DNA of 53,420 nt, the filler included, from Basidiobolus ranarum (lineage: Eukaryota), in assembly GCA_040143965.1 (NCBI GenBank). It is 3 parts of 3 records of this genome, joined end to end, with 100 filler letters (N's around TTAATTAATTAA, not from the genome) between each part and the next. Parts side by side here need not be neighbours in the genome. Positions count along the whole stretch, not along the records: positions 35,692 to 53,420 come from JASJQH010007170.1; 2 more parts are not named here. The stretch is one strand, 5' to 3'. The notes beneath the pieces were generated by a model that did not search any database, was not told the DNA's origin, and was given only the letters and a program-made list of their open reading frames with translations. Each line of letters begins with the position of its first letter. The stretch's first letter is position 1. Below are positions 35,692 through 49,072 of the stretch, in pieces. The position numbers were made by a program, and so were the translations under genes.

Positions 35692-36985
35692 CTTCCGTCC
35701 CTTCGTAAATCACGAGCAGGAACGTTTGCAACAACCTAGACAGGCCTATCTAAAGATGGAAATAGATGGTAGAGTTGCTGAATTACTCAAATTCAGTCAG
35801 AGCTTCAAACTCAAAACACCTATGCCAGCTGCCCTTATTCCTATTCTTGGCAAAGATAAGTCAAAGAAGTCAGATGCTGATTCCAAGGATGAAGATGTCT
35901 CGGAGCCTCAAAAAGAAATTTCAAAACCCAAAACTGTCAATCTGGAGTCTGTTGAGCTAGTCGATGAAAAGGAGACTAAGGCGAAGCCTGTCCCTCCACC
36001 CAGTGAAAGCACTAAGACTACCGAACCACCTACTGCTGCTGCTAGTGTCACTCCGGTACCTGCGGCTAAACCCGCCTCCACCTTTAAATTCAATATCAAA
36101 GCAAGCGAATTTAAGCCAAATCCAACTGCTGCACCATTTATACCCTCCTCTCAACAAAATACCGATAAAAAGCCGAACACAACTGCCGCCTCGTCACCTT
36201 TCTTCGGCAATAAAAATATGAAAAGAGGGCATACTTCAATTAAGGAGATGTTTAAGAATCCAACTACGGCCGAGAAAAGTGAGAATCCTTCTACGATTGC
36301 TCCTACTTGGCCATTTGGACAAAAATCATTCCGTCATCAATTCTCTCACACGACTATTTATGAGGAAGATGGGTATGGGCATAATATTATGGGACAACAG
36401 TACGATCCCTACGTAGCCTACAGATATCCCGTTCAATTTCCAGGAATGCCCTCCATGGGAATGCAACAACCTCCTATGCAATATATGACCTCAGCTCCAT
36501 TTGTTCCCAACATGCAATTCTCCCCCGCAATGGCCCACCCAGGTGGCCCAAGTCCTGCTGTTTACAGTCCTCAAATGACACCAGTCTCAGCTCCAAGAAT
36601 GTACCAGAAAGGGCAGGCCCCACCAGCAGAAGGTCAACACTTCGTACCACCCAACAACTTCCCTCCTCAAGGCAGGGGACCTATGGTTCCTAACATGCCC
36701 CCACAAATGTATGCCTATCCTGGCCCTCAAGGACATGTGATGGTACGTTATCCTACTGAAATGATGCCACACGTCACTGGACCTCCAATGATGGTCCCTC
36801 AACGTCCAGCCATGGATCAGCCACCCATGTCGCCTTTTATTTCTAACGAGCAACCAAATGGTAAATAGTCTAAACCTTTATTTACTTGGATTATTCCTTC
36901 ATAAACAAGATACTAAAATGAATTTTCAACTCGTGATTTAGAAGATTTAACCAACGACCCAGTCACCAGCAACTCTACTTCGTGA
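35692..36985 (+). CDS. PBP1: Ataxin-2/Pbp1 homolog, C-terminal part (5' lost in gap)
   Basis: FRPFVNHEQERL...AELLKFSQSFKLKTPMP conserved fungal Pbp1 block, PAM2 motif FKFNIKASEFKPNPTAAPFIP, and a P/M/Q-rich low-complexity tail. Likely final intron 36861-36941 and last exon 36942-36985. Confidence 0.8.
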
Positions 36986-37440
36986 AACACCACTTGTATC
37001 AATAATTAGATGCTCAATCTACTGAAAGGTCCAAAAAAAATAAAATAAAACTCAAAAACAATGCTATTCAATATTCAATTTCTCACCAGCTAAGCGACAC
37101 TTCATTAGCCCAAGATTGTAAAGTACTGGAAAAAATCACGATTACTTTTTGGCATGCAAAAGTAAATCTTCATATCTGATGATTACGTTGCAATGCAAAT
37201 AAGAGAATGAAGAATTTGATCGTTTATTAATTGGCCACTTAGCCAACTCAATATCCACCATCTTTAATCGTATGAGTATGGAAAAAGTTTGCAGGAATTC
37301 AAGGAATCAATTAATTCATCAAAAATAGTGGATCAAGAATTAAATACAAATGAGTTATTTTATATCATGATGATACCTAGATATCGCTAAAATGCAAATA
37401 TGTTCCAGAAATTTGATGGAAAGTAGACTAAAGTACAAGC

Positions 37441-37797
37441 TTAGAATCTACGGTTGAAATTGGGACGATCACCAGAAGCACGAGGGGTTCTGGGTCCACC
37501 TTGGGCTTCACTGACACGAAGCTCACGTCCGTTAAAACTGAAACCATCTAGAGATTCAATGGCTTTGGGTACAGCGTCTTCATCAAGTTCAACAAAACCA
37601 AAACCTCTGATACGACCAGTATCATCAAGGGGAATACGAACAGACTCGACTTCTCCATATTCTGAGAACACATTTTTGAGTTCTTCCTGGTTGGTACCCC
37701 AAGGAAGGTTACCTACATAGCAAGTCTTGGTTCCGTAAGCACGAACAACGTTCAATGTAGGGAAGGCAGTTCTAGTAAGTCTAGTGAGAGCGTTCAT
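37441..37797 (-). CDS. Single-RRM RNA-binding protein with putative mitochondrial presequence
   Basis: ATG at 37797 (MNALTRLTRTAFPTLNVVRAY, Arg-rich, no acidic residues). RNP2 CYVGNL, RNP1 RGFGFVEL, GRELRVSEA. 118 aa. Confidence 0.88.
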   Translation of the reverse strand: MNALTRLTRTAFPTLNVVRAYGTKTCYVGNLPWGTNQEELKNVFSEYGEVESVRIPLDDTGRIRGFGFVELDEDAVPKAIESLDGFSFNGRELRVSEAQGGPRTPRASGDRPNFNRRF

Positions 37798-38774
37798 AAT
37801 TTCGGTGTGGTGCAACAGAAAAATGGATTTCGATGGCTACATATAACAACGAAATCCCCCTATTTGTATGGATGGAGGATGATCAGGTGACTTGCTACCG
37901 GGGTTATTCAAAATTTTCATATTCTTTCAAATCTTGCAGTAATTGGATATACTTATTGTACTAATGGGTAAATCTTGGCAGCCACTTTTGTTGGAGGAAA
38001 ATTTTTGATTTTGTTGTAGTTATGCTTGAAAGTGTTGACTACTAGAATAGTATGCTTTAAAGCTAAGCCGTTCCAATGTAAACGTCGATAAATAAACGTG
38101 TAAATATGTTTATGAAGTCATAGGTTCGAATAATATATTGCGCATATTATGGTGTAGTCGGCAGCTAGGTCTATTGCCAAGTGAATTTCACTAATTGCAG
38201 CACACGTAAAGCTCATATACGTTATGATGAGATTCTATACCAGTTCACTTTTTAACAAGTGCTCTGCTTATATAGCGAGGGATTCCCGTGTGTACTTTGG
38301 CGTCAAAATATAATAAGGTTTGCAGGCACTAAAAGCAGAGTAGATACAACATTATCGTTTGATGTTTAAGGTTGCTAAAGATTGTTGCTTTTATTAATCA
38401 CTATCTTAAATATAAATAAGCATCATAAGCTAGAAATGGATTTCAATGGTTAACTGTATTGTGAGGGGCTAAAAATATATGCATCTAATCAGTTTAAGTA
38501 TTTGCATGAAATTCCGTGGGGAACCACTTTGTTTCTGTAATTATTGAAAATCGATCCAAGTAAAATCTTCAATAGTTTGGGGAAAAGGGGAAGATTGCCT
38601 ACTTCGGGGGTTTCTTGATTTTGTTCACTTCGCGGGGTCAAAATTTAATATGGAGTCACGTGGACGAGTAGAGTAATTTGTAACATAGCTTTGGTCTCCA
38701 ACTAGAGTTTATTTGGCTGTTTACCCCATCTCATATACAAACTTCCCGTACCTACAATAATTTCTCTGTAAGTC

Positions 38775-39271
38775 ATGTCTACATATGCACAAGAGCTTCC
38801 ACCTCAAGGTGGTTATCCCGCTGTTAGATATAAGCGTCATATTCCCAAGAAAGGTCCTTCCGGGGCAACCCTTTTCATTGGTTTAGCTGTAATCACTGGT
38901 GTCAGTTTTTATCAAGTTTTTGAAGGAATTAAGGAGAGAAGGTAGGAATCTATGCACATAAATATCACATTCGTAACAAAACTTTACTTTTTGCACATTA
39001 TTTAAAAGAAAGTTTCCCACTTGTTTTATTTACCTTGATATTAACATAACGATTAATTCAAAACTTTAGAGAGCTTAAACGTGAAAAAATCTGGTCTCGC
39101 CTACACTTACTTCCTATGCTCCAAGCTGAATATGATCGTGATTCCTATCGTCGTCAACAAGCAGCACTCGCGCGTGAGGCAGAGATAATGAAGGACGTTC
39201 CTGGCTGGGAAGTTGGAAAATCTGTCTACCATACAAAGCGTTACGTTGCCCCCAATATCATCATTGCTTAG
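38775..39271 (+). CDS. NDUFA13: NADH:ubiquinone oxidoreductase subunit A13 (GRIM-19/B16.6), 2 exons
   Basis: Exons 38775-38941 and 39070-39271 give MSTYAQELPPQGGYPAVRYKRHIPKKGPSG...ERRELKREKIWSRLHLLPMLQAEYDR...IMKDVPGWEVGKSVYHT. Absent from the ORF track. Confidence 0.95.
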
Positions 39272-39598
39272 AAATCTTTTGTTGGTTACGTTTGAGAGGT
39301 AATTACGCAAACGAAATAGGCTAAACTGCATCCTCTTCTACTTGCTATGCGTTTGAGTTACCATTAACCTAATAAATTGAGAAAACGATCGGAGTTCTGG
39401 CTTCTTCATTAACATCAGATAGGGGTTTCTCATTAAGATCAATAAAACTTTGCCTAACTATGTGATAAATGACATCAGTCATCATGTTTACTTCTCAAAA
39501 ATACAATCAACATCGCGCTGGTACTGGCATGTTTTTACACGGCCTTCGCTAGATGTTTCAATGGTGATTTATTTACTCTATAATTTTGCAACGGTCCT

Positions 39599-41633
39599 TC
39601 AAAGTTCAGCATTAAAAGAAATAGGATGGCACTCATGAGTACTTAAATTCACAAGGACAATGGTGCTGGTTTCTGAGAATTTTGGAACCAAAATAACCCG
39701 AGTCTGTTGACCGTCAGGGCCTAATATACGAGTGTTGGTTAATAATTCGGTGAACATTTCAAAGTAAATCAGGGTGTACCTTCGACTAGCTGATTAGAGA
39801 ATTCTGGCTGATTTCCGATAAAATAAACGTGCGGACATTCCTGCATAACGAAAGGATCACTCTCTTGAAATGGGTAGCACCCTATAGGAATATGAAAGTT
39901 AGTTTTTCTTCATGTCGGTGTAGTTTAATAAACAAACGTACATAATGTATCGGGTGCCGTCGGTGCAACATGTCTCCACAACAAAGTTTTTACTGCCATT
40001 CCTAGTCGGTCATCTTGTAAGGTGTACTTCATGATATCATCCAAGGTTTGGCCAGATGTTGCTAAAAATCTATGATATATCGGTGGACCTTAGTGAACAT
40101 CATTGCAATTCAGAAAGAGTTCATGTCATGCTACTTACGATGTTCCATCTAACTTGAACCAGTACGGGTTAGTCACATTGTTAAATGAAGACAGATGCTG
40201 ACTTTTGGGGAAGAGAGAGGGGAGCATAGGCTGCTGAGGTAAAGAGGTATTGGCAGGGTCGTTCTCTCCAGGCATAATATCCACATCTACTGACTGGCAA
40301 ATATCATGAAGGAAATCATCCAAGTCGTTGATGGGCTTATCATCATAGGTAGTTTGCTCATGACCGAAGCGTTTCTGTAGAGTGTACAATCAGTTAGTCA
40401 GATCAGTATGCAGTGAAAAAGAAGAACTGCCATCATACGGGTTTCTTTTCGTTTTCAGTAGAATGGATCTTTGAAAGAACATTTCCAGCAAATATCACTC
40501 GAACAATCTTTGAGCTAAATGATTGCTCTTCAACTCCTCCAAGTTCGCCCGTTAAATACTCTTGGAGCATCTCAAGACTAAGTGGTGAGGTTTTACTATC
40601 TCCAATATCTAGGCCTGATATCAATGCAACGTATTTCGATTCTAAGTGCAAGAGTGTAGATTTTGTTAGTACTGCGCGCTTGATGTAGCTCGATTCTTTT
40701 CTTCTTACCTGGGCTTGTAGGGATAGCTTTTGGCTCCTGGGGTAGCATGTTGGGGAAACATATGTCCACGATATCCAGTTCACCTGAGGATCGTTCAATC
40801 CCAAGAACTCCAACAACAATTCCTAGATTAAAGTGAAGATTAGTCACGCATCCTTTAGGGTTTCTATACTGAAGATTTTACCAGTGACAAGTTGCTCAGA
40901 CTTCAAAATGTTTCCATTTAAACTAATACGTCCACTTTCATCTTCTAAAACGATACTATCATTTCCTCCAGCATACTTTTCTCTTGGTGGTGGGGCAATC
41001 ACCCAATGCTAGAAGAAAACAGATTCAGTCATTGGGTTTTACGAAACTCTATCGATTTAAAGTGATTGTCCCAACCTCTTTAGTAACATCGTCGAGAATG
41101 TTTGGCTTATATTCCATTTCTACATATATCGTTCCTATTACGTAGCATAGCTCACCCTCTTTTATATCAAGGACTTTAGAGATATATTTCGGTTTTTTTC
41201 CTGGAAGAGGATAACATAAAATTGAGTGACCAGTTAAGGAGAAAAACAAAGTGTGAAAAAAGAGCAAGAAACCAACCATCGAGATATTCCCAACGAGATT
41301 TCGCTGCTTTAAGAACAGGTTTTCTAAGCTCATGAAGTCGACTATAGTAAATACTAGCGTATTGTTTGTTATTGTATGAACGCTTTCGCAACAATAAAGT
41401 GTCGTTTAGATCGGGTCTATCAACGTAATCAGCAGTCTTACGCTCTAGAGGAATAAAGGATTCTTCGGGGGTTTGTATTCTTAACAGATTTTCCGAAGTA
41501 CTATGGGTTGAAAATAAATGGTGAGCTTTAGGAGGTATATTGGTGAAGAGAAGTGAGACCGTTCCACTATAGAAATGTTTCTTCACCTTTCCACGGTTGG
41601 AAATGTATCTGATGTCTCGTATTCCGGACTCAT
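39599..41633 (-). CDS. POLD2: DNA polymerase delta small (B) subunit, multi-exon
   Basis: Exonic motifs QYASIYYSRL, GTIYVEMEYKPNILDDV, LEDESGR, ALISGL, VIFAGN, MPGENDPAN.SLPQQP, WRHVAPTAPDTL and DPFVMQECPHVYFIGNQ. Start inferred at 41633 (MSPEYETSDTFPTVES) through a phase-compatible intron. Confidence 0.9.
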
Positions 41634-42001
41634 TACAGTTCAAGAGGTCTATGTTGCAACTTGTGAAGCTTACACTATTTCAATAATCCCTATTTCCTTG
41701 AGTAAATCACTGCCCTTGTTTGTTTGTTTGTTTTGATATCATTTCATAGGGAATCTTTCATCAGAAAAGTAAGGTGAATTTTGGAATCAGGCTAATTGGT
41801 ACGATTTGTAATAGATGTTGATATTGTCCTTTCTAACTCTAGAATCGTCATGATTTGTGAATTACAACAATTTCTTAATCTGATACAATTCAAAACCACA
41901 TGATTACCACAGTCAGAGGACAAAAATATTTCTCGAGATTGATATTTCTTGAGTTGAAAAAACATTCTAGTTGACCTTTGATAGAACACAAGAAGCAAAC
42001 C

Positions 42002-42273
42002 ATGGAGACACCTACAGCCAAGTCAACAAAGGTCGAAGCTCCTTGCGACTACAGCGAACTTCAAGAATGTCTGGCCAAGAATCGTGGTGACCGTAGCAAG
42101 TGCTTAAAGGAATGGGAGGCTTTCCAAAAGGCTTGCGCTGAGAAGAAGTAAGTCTCTCGTTATACATTTGAAGCATTTGAATATTTGCGTATCTTTTACT
42201 TACATTCCATGTCTCCTTTCAAAGAAAAAAGACCAACAGCGAAAACTGTGAAACTTGCAAAATACCTCAATGA
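42002..42273 (+). CDS. Small twin-Cys helical-hairpin (CHCH/Coa4-like) protein, 2 exons, 64 aa
   Basis: Exons 42002-42147 and 42225-42273: METPTAKSTKVEAPCDYSELQECLAKNRGDRSKCLKEWEAFQKACAEKKKKTNSENCETCKIPQ. Canonical gtaagt donor. Confidence 0.7.
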
Positions 42274-42737
42274 GCTTGTCTCAAGAAGTTGTCTTCCTTC
42301 GCTTTGCATACCTAGAGAGCGATTATGTAAGCTACTTTTGCTTGACTACCGCCCATAGACAGTGTTGGTACAATTTCAAAATCAATTGAACATCAAAATA
42401 AATATCCCAAACGAATACGAGTACTATGCTTCAGAATTTTAATCATTTCGTGAACAGACGGTGCTATGTAGGCACACCGTGGACCAAATGAGATGTCTGT
42501 TCAAGTAAATGGAATGGCCTATGACGAGAATGCAAATTAACCAAGATTTATTGAGAGCACCAGCATAGGCCATTTACTTGGATTCAAGAACATGCGTGAG
42601 GATTCTATTGTTAATCCTTCTTATGGGAGTAAAATAGTCTAACAAGAGTTACGAGAAATGTCATGAGGATTTTATGAAAAGATCTGCTAAATCATGGAAT
42701 TGATTCAATGTAATGTATTATCATAAAGACTGTCTCT

Positions 42738-43688
42738 TTAACCGATAACGAGGCTATCACCTTCAATGGTATATTCAGGAATCTCAAGATTAAGAGGAGC
42801 AGGTCCTTTTCTAATACGACCAGAGATATCGTAATGGGAACCGTGACAAGGGCAATACCAACCACCATAATCACCAGCCTCACCAATTGGTACACAACCC
42901 AAGTGAGTACAAATACCCAACATGATCATCCATTCGGGTTGCTTAACTCGTTCAGAATCGGTCTGAGGATCTCTCAAATCAGTAACATTGACAGAATTCG
43001 CTTCAGCGATTTCGTCGGAGGTTCTGTGACGAATAAAGACGGGCTTACCACGCCACTTGACAACTACATTTTTACCCTCAGGGATATTAGCCAAGTCAAC
43101 CTCAACCTTAGCCAAAGCTAAAACATCGGCGGAGGCACTAAGGTTGGTAAGGAAGTCGTACACGGTAGCTTTAGCAACAACAGCGGTGGCAAGACCGGTG
43201 GTACCGACCATGAAGTAGGAGAAAGAACGTCCTGAATCTTCACCAGAGTTCTCCTTCTTGTAAGCAGAAAAGTCGGGAACAACAGTTGAATTACGTGAGT
43301 ATGAAGAGTACATGCGCTGTTGTTCGCTAAACTTCAAATGGGCTAAATCGGAATGCAAAGTATTAGAAAAATGACTTGGAAAAGAGGGTTGTATCTTTTA
43401 AATCAATAATTGATTAGCAGGAATCTATCTGTAAAGGGGGAAATATATGCCAAGTAGGCAGTGAAAACAACTTGTAATTCTCATCCCAGTAATAGGGGTT
43501 TTGGAGAAGATTTGACCATCAGAGCGACGAGTAGAAGTAGAGCCAATGCTACTAGGTTGAGAACTCTCCTCGTAGCTGACATTAGGAGCACTCACAAGCT
43601 TTCTGAAAGCAGAAGCAGCATAAGGGGCAGTAATTGGGGTGCGGTTGACGAGAGCCGAAGCAAGTCTAGAAGAAAGGGCAGAAGCCAT
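42738..43688 (-). CDS. RIP1: Cytochrome bc1 Rieske iron-sulfur subunit
   Basis: CTHLGCVP and CPCHGSHYD boxes, SASADVLA, KWRGKPVFIRHRT. Presequence exon starts at ATG 43688. Intron acceptor near 43343; donor ambiguous. Confidence 0.97.
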
Positions 43689-46480
43689 GACGCAAAGCAA
43701 TAAGTAAAGAAAGGAAATGGGTTAGGGTGAAATATTTCAAACGGTTGCCTTCCCCCTTTCAATTTTTTTTTGAACGTGCTATGAATTTGATTATGCGGGC
43801 GAAATCTCGGTTGTTAGCCATTAAAGTCCCCAACCTAACCCCACATTATAGAAGAATTTGTATCAATTCCATAGCCAAATCTGACATTATACTACTGCAA
43901 ATTGGAAGAATATGTTGCACATAGCAGATTATAACGTGAAAAAGATGTGAATGTTTCAAAAACAATTGTTACCCCCAAGCTTGGAAATAACACAAGGGGC
44001 CAGATTGACCATTACCCCATAGCAAAATACCCCAACATATATTATGGCGGATTGCAAGTAGTCAAAGATTCCAAAATTGCTGAGTAAACATTTATCCAAG
44101 TATTGTCACAAGAAAACACACTTCATTCTACTTGATTTATTTGTAACTTGCGATTGGATGGAATTCATTATATTACGGATAGCTTCCTTCACTTATCAAA
44201 ATATAACCTTGATATTCAACATTTGCCCAGCGGTGGGATGTTTATTATTTGCCGTATTTAAACCACCGCCTTGCCCATATTAAGATAAGCAAATATAGCA
44301 CTCTTTTCACGATGCTGGTCGTACTTGAGGCTGTTAGTCAGTGCACTGTAATTCAGCTGCAAGCTCAAGCTCTATGAAATAAATCCAGAAGTACAATGAC
44401 AGATGTGTGAGTTCGACTGTAGATACTAGAATTCATTGCGAAGTGGCGGTTGGAAGGATTTTGAATTCAGCTGCATTCTAGCTTGGCAACTTATTCTTAC
44501 TCTATTCCTTAATTTGGTAGAGTACGTTGTGTACTTTCCCTTATAATCTTGGTATATTGTATGGTTCTTATTGTCTGAGTAATATTTAATGTCAATAATA
44601 TTTAATGGTAGGTGTCACTGACTGATATATGCGACTAACTTGGTATTGAGCAAAACCTGACTAGTGCCAACTAAAATCAGGCCAACAGCAAGAAGACAAC
44701 TTGAAGACTTCTCCGGTGGTGCCGCTAGGCTCTCAAAGTCTTAATTTCATTCGAGGGCTATTCAGAAATGCTATTAGAAGAGACATATTTGAATTAATCG
44801 AACATTCAATTATGCTGTGTTCATTTCTTGGTATATAGTAAGAGCCACTTAAAGTATAGTCTGCATTGACATGACACTAGAATTCGTATGTGGGACAAAG
44901 ATTGGGCTGTATTTTATCGAGGTAGATATCTTACTAGAAAAGGAAGTTGTACCCATTTATTCATGCGATTTAGTAGGTTTCAAACTTCAGCTGCACCCTG
45001 CCAGATATTTATATCAAGATCAATTGCAACGATTATTACTTAAGCAGGAATAGCCCGTATGAAGTAGATATTATTGGAGTTTTTCACTATGTTCTGGGCA
45101 AACTGATGGTAGCAAAATATCCTGAAGTCTCGTTACATGTTACACTGATCTGATATCCATATCAGAGTGACTAGAATACTAAGACCTCATCGTAAACGCA
45201 GCCAGCCAAGAATCTAGGACTCACTTGATCTTAATGAAGATTCAAGGAACCCATGTTAGCTGGTTATCGGGGAATTATTATTACATCTAGAGATACTTCA
45301 CATCATGAGATCTCTTGATCTCTATCCTAGGTTTGACGTATACAAGGCTTCTGGATATACCCAATTAAACCTGAATTCCCCTTGACCAGCTGTTTTCAAA
45401 TATTGATTGTTACTCTCAAGTAACTACCAACCCAGTTCTATTTTCCATCTCGTTCCGAATCTTTCTCTGATCACATCTTATTCTCCTAATGATCTTTGGT
45501 GTGCTTATTAATGGCATTCTCATTCTCATTCCTATTCCCGTGCCCATTAGTGCTGGTTCCTAATGATATCCATGTTGATCTCTCAATCTCTCGAAAACGT
45601 GTTCAAAATCTATCTTTAGCTGCAGCCAATCTGGATGGGTGTTCATGGGCGAGATGGAGGTTAGCGGTGATTACGTACCCTGTCGCTACAGCTGATGGAC
45701 CGTGTCCTATATTGACAATATCCTACCTGATGGTCAAGTGCCCCAGCTGAGCATAGTGCACCCTGGGCTAATCCACGGATACTGGTGGATAGGTGGAGGG
45801 TTGCTCCCTCGACTATAGTTCGTATGGGGAGGATTGCTCGTAAACTGTCCATTAACTGCAATATGGATTACGTTATGTTGGACTGGTGGTGTCCTCGTCA
45901 TGGCCTATCTATATACAAAAGCGTAATGTGTTCCACTTTTGGTCGCTCCTAGATGTATGACAAATCTTTCTGCTGTTAACTCGTCGAATGATAATGAATT
46001 TCGAGTGCGTGGAATGTATAGTATGAGGGTAGATAAGGGAAAGTGGAAATAATGTACTATTGTATTCGCCTGATCGGTACTGGCCCTATATTACTCTGGA
46101 AACGAAATATGCCACATCATACTCTAAATACCACCAGCTATTATGATCCGGTCACATGCATGAATGTGTGATGATGATAGATCTTAATATTTGTCCATTA
46201 AGTTGGCATAATATCTGATCGTAACTAACGGATTCCTATACGTTTGTAGATATCCGAAGGCCTACTGAGTGGTCAAGTAGGTATAATTTTTCCTGGTACA
46301 ACCTTTGATACTTTCTGGTGAAACTTGAGTTTATTCGGTCAAATGAAATTGGATCTGATTCCTCAGCCCCCCATATGAGAACTGCCTTAACTTCACATCA
46401 GAAAGTGGCCTTTTTTTCGTTACAAGTCATTGACGTCGTGACACACTAACGCTAGATCATAGTGCAGTTGGTAGCCTGTA

Positions 46481-46488
46481 TATAAATA
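46481..46488 (+). promoter_or_regulatory. Putative TATA box of ICL1
   Basis: TATAAATA about 100 nt upstream of the ATG at 46588. Confidence 0.45.
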
Positions 46489-46587
46489 GGCCCAGGATAT
46501 CATACTCTCAGCAATTATTCCATAGTCGTTTTCTGAACATCTGGAATATCACTTTTAATAATATCCATTCGACTTTTAGAAGGAACA

Positions 46588-48207
46588 ATGCATACTCGTA
46601 ATTTCGACGAAACCGGTCTATTCCAAGATGAATGTGAGCTCGTTCGTGCTTGGTGGAAAAGTGGCCGTTTCTCCCATGTAACTCGTCCTTATTCGGTTGA
46701 ATCCATCGTATCCAAGCGTGGCAGCTTAAACATTCAATATCCATCAAATACTATGGCCAAGAAGCTTTGGAAGATTGTGAATGAGCACTTTAATAATGGC
46801 TCTGCCTCCCACACCTTCGGTTCTTTGGACCCCGTTCAAGTCACCTGTATGTCCAAGTATTTGGAAACCATTTACGTTTCCGGATGGCAAAGCTCCTCCA
46901 CTGCCTCCACCTCTAATGAGCCTGGACCTGACCTTGCTGATTATCCTATGGATACCGTCCCTAACAAAGTTCACCAGCTCTTTTTAGCTCAACAATTCCA
47001 TGACCGTAAACAACGTGAAGCTAGAATCAAGGCTGATGCTAGAGTCAGAGCAACTATGGAGGAGTTTGATTACCTTCGTCCAATTATCGCTGATGCCGAT
47101 ACTGGCCATGGTGGTATCACCGCTGTTATGAAGCTCGCCAAGATGTTTGTTGAGCGTGGTGCTGCTGGTATTCACTTGGAGGATCAAGCAGCCGGTACCA
47201 AAAAATGTGGCCATATGGCTGGTAAAGTTTTGGTCCCCATATCTGAGCATATCAATCGTTTGGTTGCTGTTAGAGCCCAGTTCGATATTATGGGTGTTGA
47301 AAATTTGATCATCTCCAGAACTGATGCTGAAGCCGCTACATTGATCACCAGCACTATCGATAAGCGTGACCATCCTTTCATCCTTGGTACCGCATCCAAA
47401 CATCTTCGTCCTTTAGCTGAGGTTCTTGAAGAATGCCGTGTTGCTGGTATGACTCCAGTTGAAATCACCCGTGTGGAAGCTCAATGGATGGAAGATGCCA
47501 ACCTTCAAACTTACGTTGAGGCAGTAGCAGATGCCATCAAAAAATCATGCCATTGCGAAAAGGAAGAAATCTTATCCAAGTGGCACTGTCGTGTTGACAA
47601 TCTCTCCAATACCGATGCTCGTCGTTTAGCTAAATCCCTCGGTTTCGAGATTGACTTCAGTTGGGAAAAACCACGTACCGTCGTAGGGTATTATAGATAC
47701 TTAGGTGGTATCAAGAGTGGTATTGCCCGTGCTATCGCCTACTCCCCTTACTCTGACCTCTTATGGATGGAAACTAAGAAGCCTGTGTTGAGCCAAGCCA
47801 AACAATTTTCTGAAGGTGTACACAAGAAGTATCCCCACGCTAAACTTGCATATAACCTCTCACCATCCTTCAACTGGGATGCCGCTGGTATGTCAGAAAG
47901 TGAAATCCACTCATTCATTTCCGATTTGGGTCGTGTAGGCTACTGCTGGCAGTTCATCACCCTTGCTGGCTTCCACTCCAATGCTTTAGGTGTGGATGTT
48001 TTCGCTCGTGATTTTGCTAAGCGTGGTATGTTGGCTTATGTTGAAGGAATTCAACGTAAAGAACGCCAATTTTCCGTAGACACCCTTCAACATCAAAAGT
48101 GGTCAGGTGCCTACTATTACGATGAGCTTATTAACCTCGTCTCCGGTGGTACCGCCTCCACTGCTGCTATGGGATCTGGTGCTACTGAAGAGCAATTCCG
48201 TCACTAA
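46588..48207 (+). CDS. ICL1: Isocitrate lyase
   Basis: Intronless 539 aa. [18 protein letters not shown], catalytic [22 protein letters not shown], and [10 protein letters not shown] (ICL-type rather than methylisocitrate-lyase-type residues). Confidence 0.97.
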   Translation: MHTRNFDETGLFQDECELVRAWWKSGRFSHVTRPYSVESIVSKRGSLNIQYPSNTMAKKLWKIVNEHFNNGSASHTFGSLDPVQVTCMSKYLETIYVSGWQSSSTASTSNEPGPDLADYPMDTVPNKVHQLFLAQQFHDRKQREARIKADARVRATMEEFDYLRPIIADADTGHGGITAVMKLAKMFVERGAAGIHLEDQAAGTKKCGHMAGKVLVPISEHINRLVAVRAQFDIMGVENLIISRTDAEAATLITSTIDKRDHPFILGTASKHLRPLAEVLEECRVAGMTPVEITRVEAQWMEDANLQTYVEAVADAIKKSCHCEKEEILSKWHCRVDNLSNTDARRLAKSLGFEIDFSWEKPRTVVGYYRYLGGIKSGIARAIAYSPYSDLLWMETKKPVLSQAKQFSEGVHKKYPHAKLAYNLSPSFNWDAAGMSESEIHSFISDLGRVGYCWQFITLAGFHSNALGVDVFARDFAKRGMLAYVEGIQRKERQFSVDTLQHQKWSGAYYYDELINLVSGGTASTAAMGSGATEEQFRH

Positions 48208-48566
48208 TTCTCTTAGTAAACCACACTCGAAATCCATTATTTATATAAATGAAACTTAATCACCCATTTAATAACATAATTCAAATGAAATAAATGTAAC
48301 GGTTTCAATTTGATCTTCTTACTAGTAATATTTATGTTGAAAAGTGCTTATAAAATACAGCGTTTTCCATTCAACAAGCTTGGGAAGCGAACATTCTACT
48401 GATAGTTTATGAAAACAACCGAGAAAATATATGTGCTTGTGTTGCTGATAAATAATTTTGTTGGAAAATAAGTGGATATCTGATATGCTAGACTGGTAAG
48501 ATTTATTGTGTTCGCAAAGGTGACGTACTTAATCACGAATTTCGAAAGATCTAATAATAAGAGTGC

Positions 48567-49072
48567 TTAACCGTAAACAAGACGGAAAACATCGTTAAGA
48601 ACCCAGTAGTTGTTACCCTCGGGAACAAGTTGGAAGCATTGGGTAAATTGTTGAGGGTTTTGTTCCTCATCAATCTAACGGAAAGATAAAAATATATTAG
48701 AGACCGTTGCAGTTTGGATGACATGATTGAAATAAATATATACCAAGAGTTGTCCTGTTACACTGATGATGACAGAACCTTGTTGGGGATGAGAAGGTTG
48801 AGCATCTAAAGTGGAAACACGATGCTGAACACGTTGGAAAGGAAGGGAAGCCAACTTCTCAACGATGGCTTTGGAGCCTTGGAATGGTTGACCCTCAAAG
48901 GTTAGCATAGAGCCTTCTCTCTGAAAATAAGAAATATATAAGTCGGCTTGTTTCTAGTCTATTAAGGCTGTGAGGTACTCACATAAAGAGGACTAAGCTC
49001 ATTTCTGCTACGGTCGAAAGTACTATAATAGTAATCAACGAAAGACTTGGCAACAGCTTGGATATCAGCCAT
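48567..49072 (-). CDS. NTF2: Nuclear transport factor 2, 3 exons
   Basis: MADIQAVAKSFVDYYYSTFDRSRNELSPLY / REGSMLTFEG...LPFQRVQHRVSTLDAQP...VTGQLL / IDEEQNPQQFTQCFQL...NDVFRLVYG*. Confidence 0.96.

Noticed and set aside
42692-43121. Alternate-frame and antisense ORFs over RIP1 (likewise over ICL1, PBP1, the MBL gene, the hydrolase and the TF)
   Set aside because: Shadows of strongly conserved real genes, with no motifs of their own.
45400-45902. GC-elevated stretch upstream of ICL1 with short ORFs
   Set aside because: No recognisable protein or RNA motif and multiple stops; cannot support a call.
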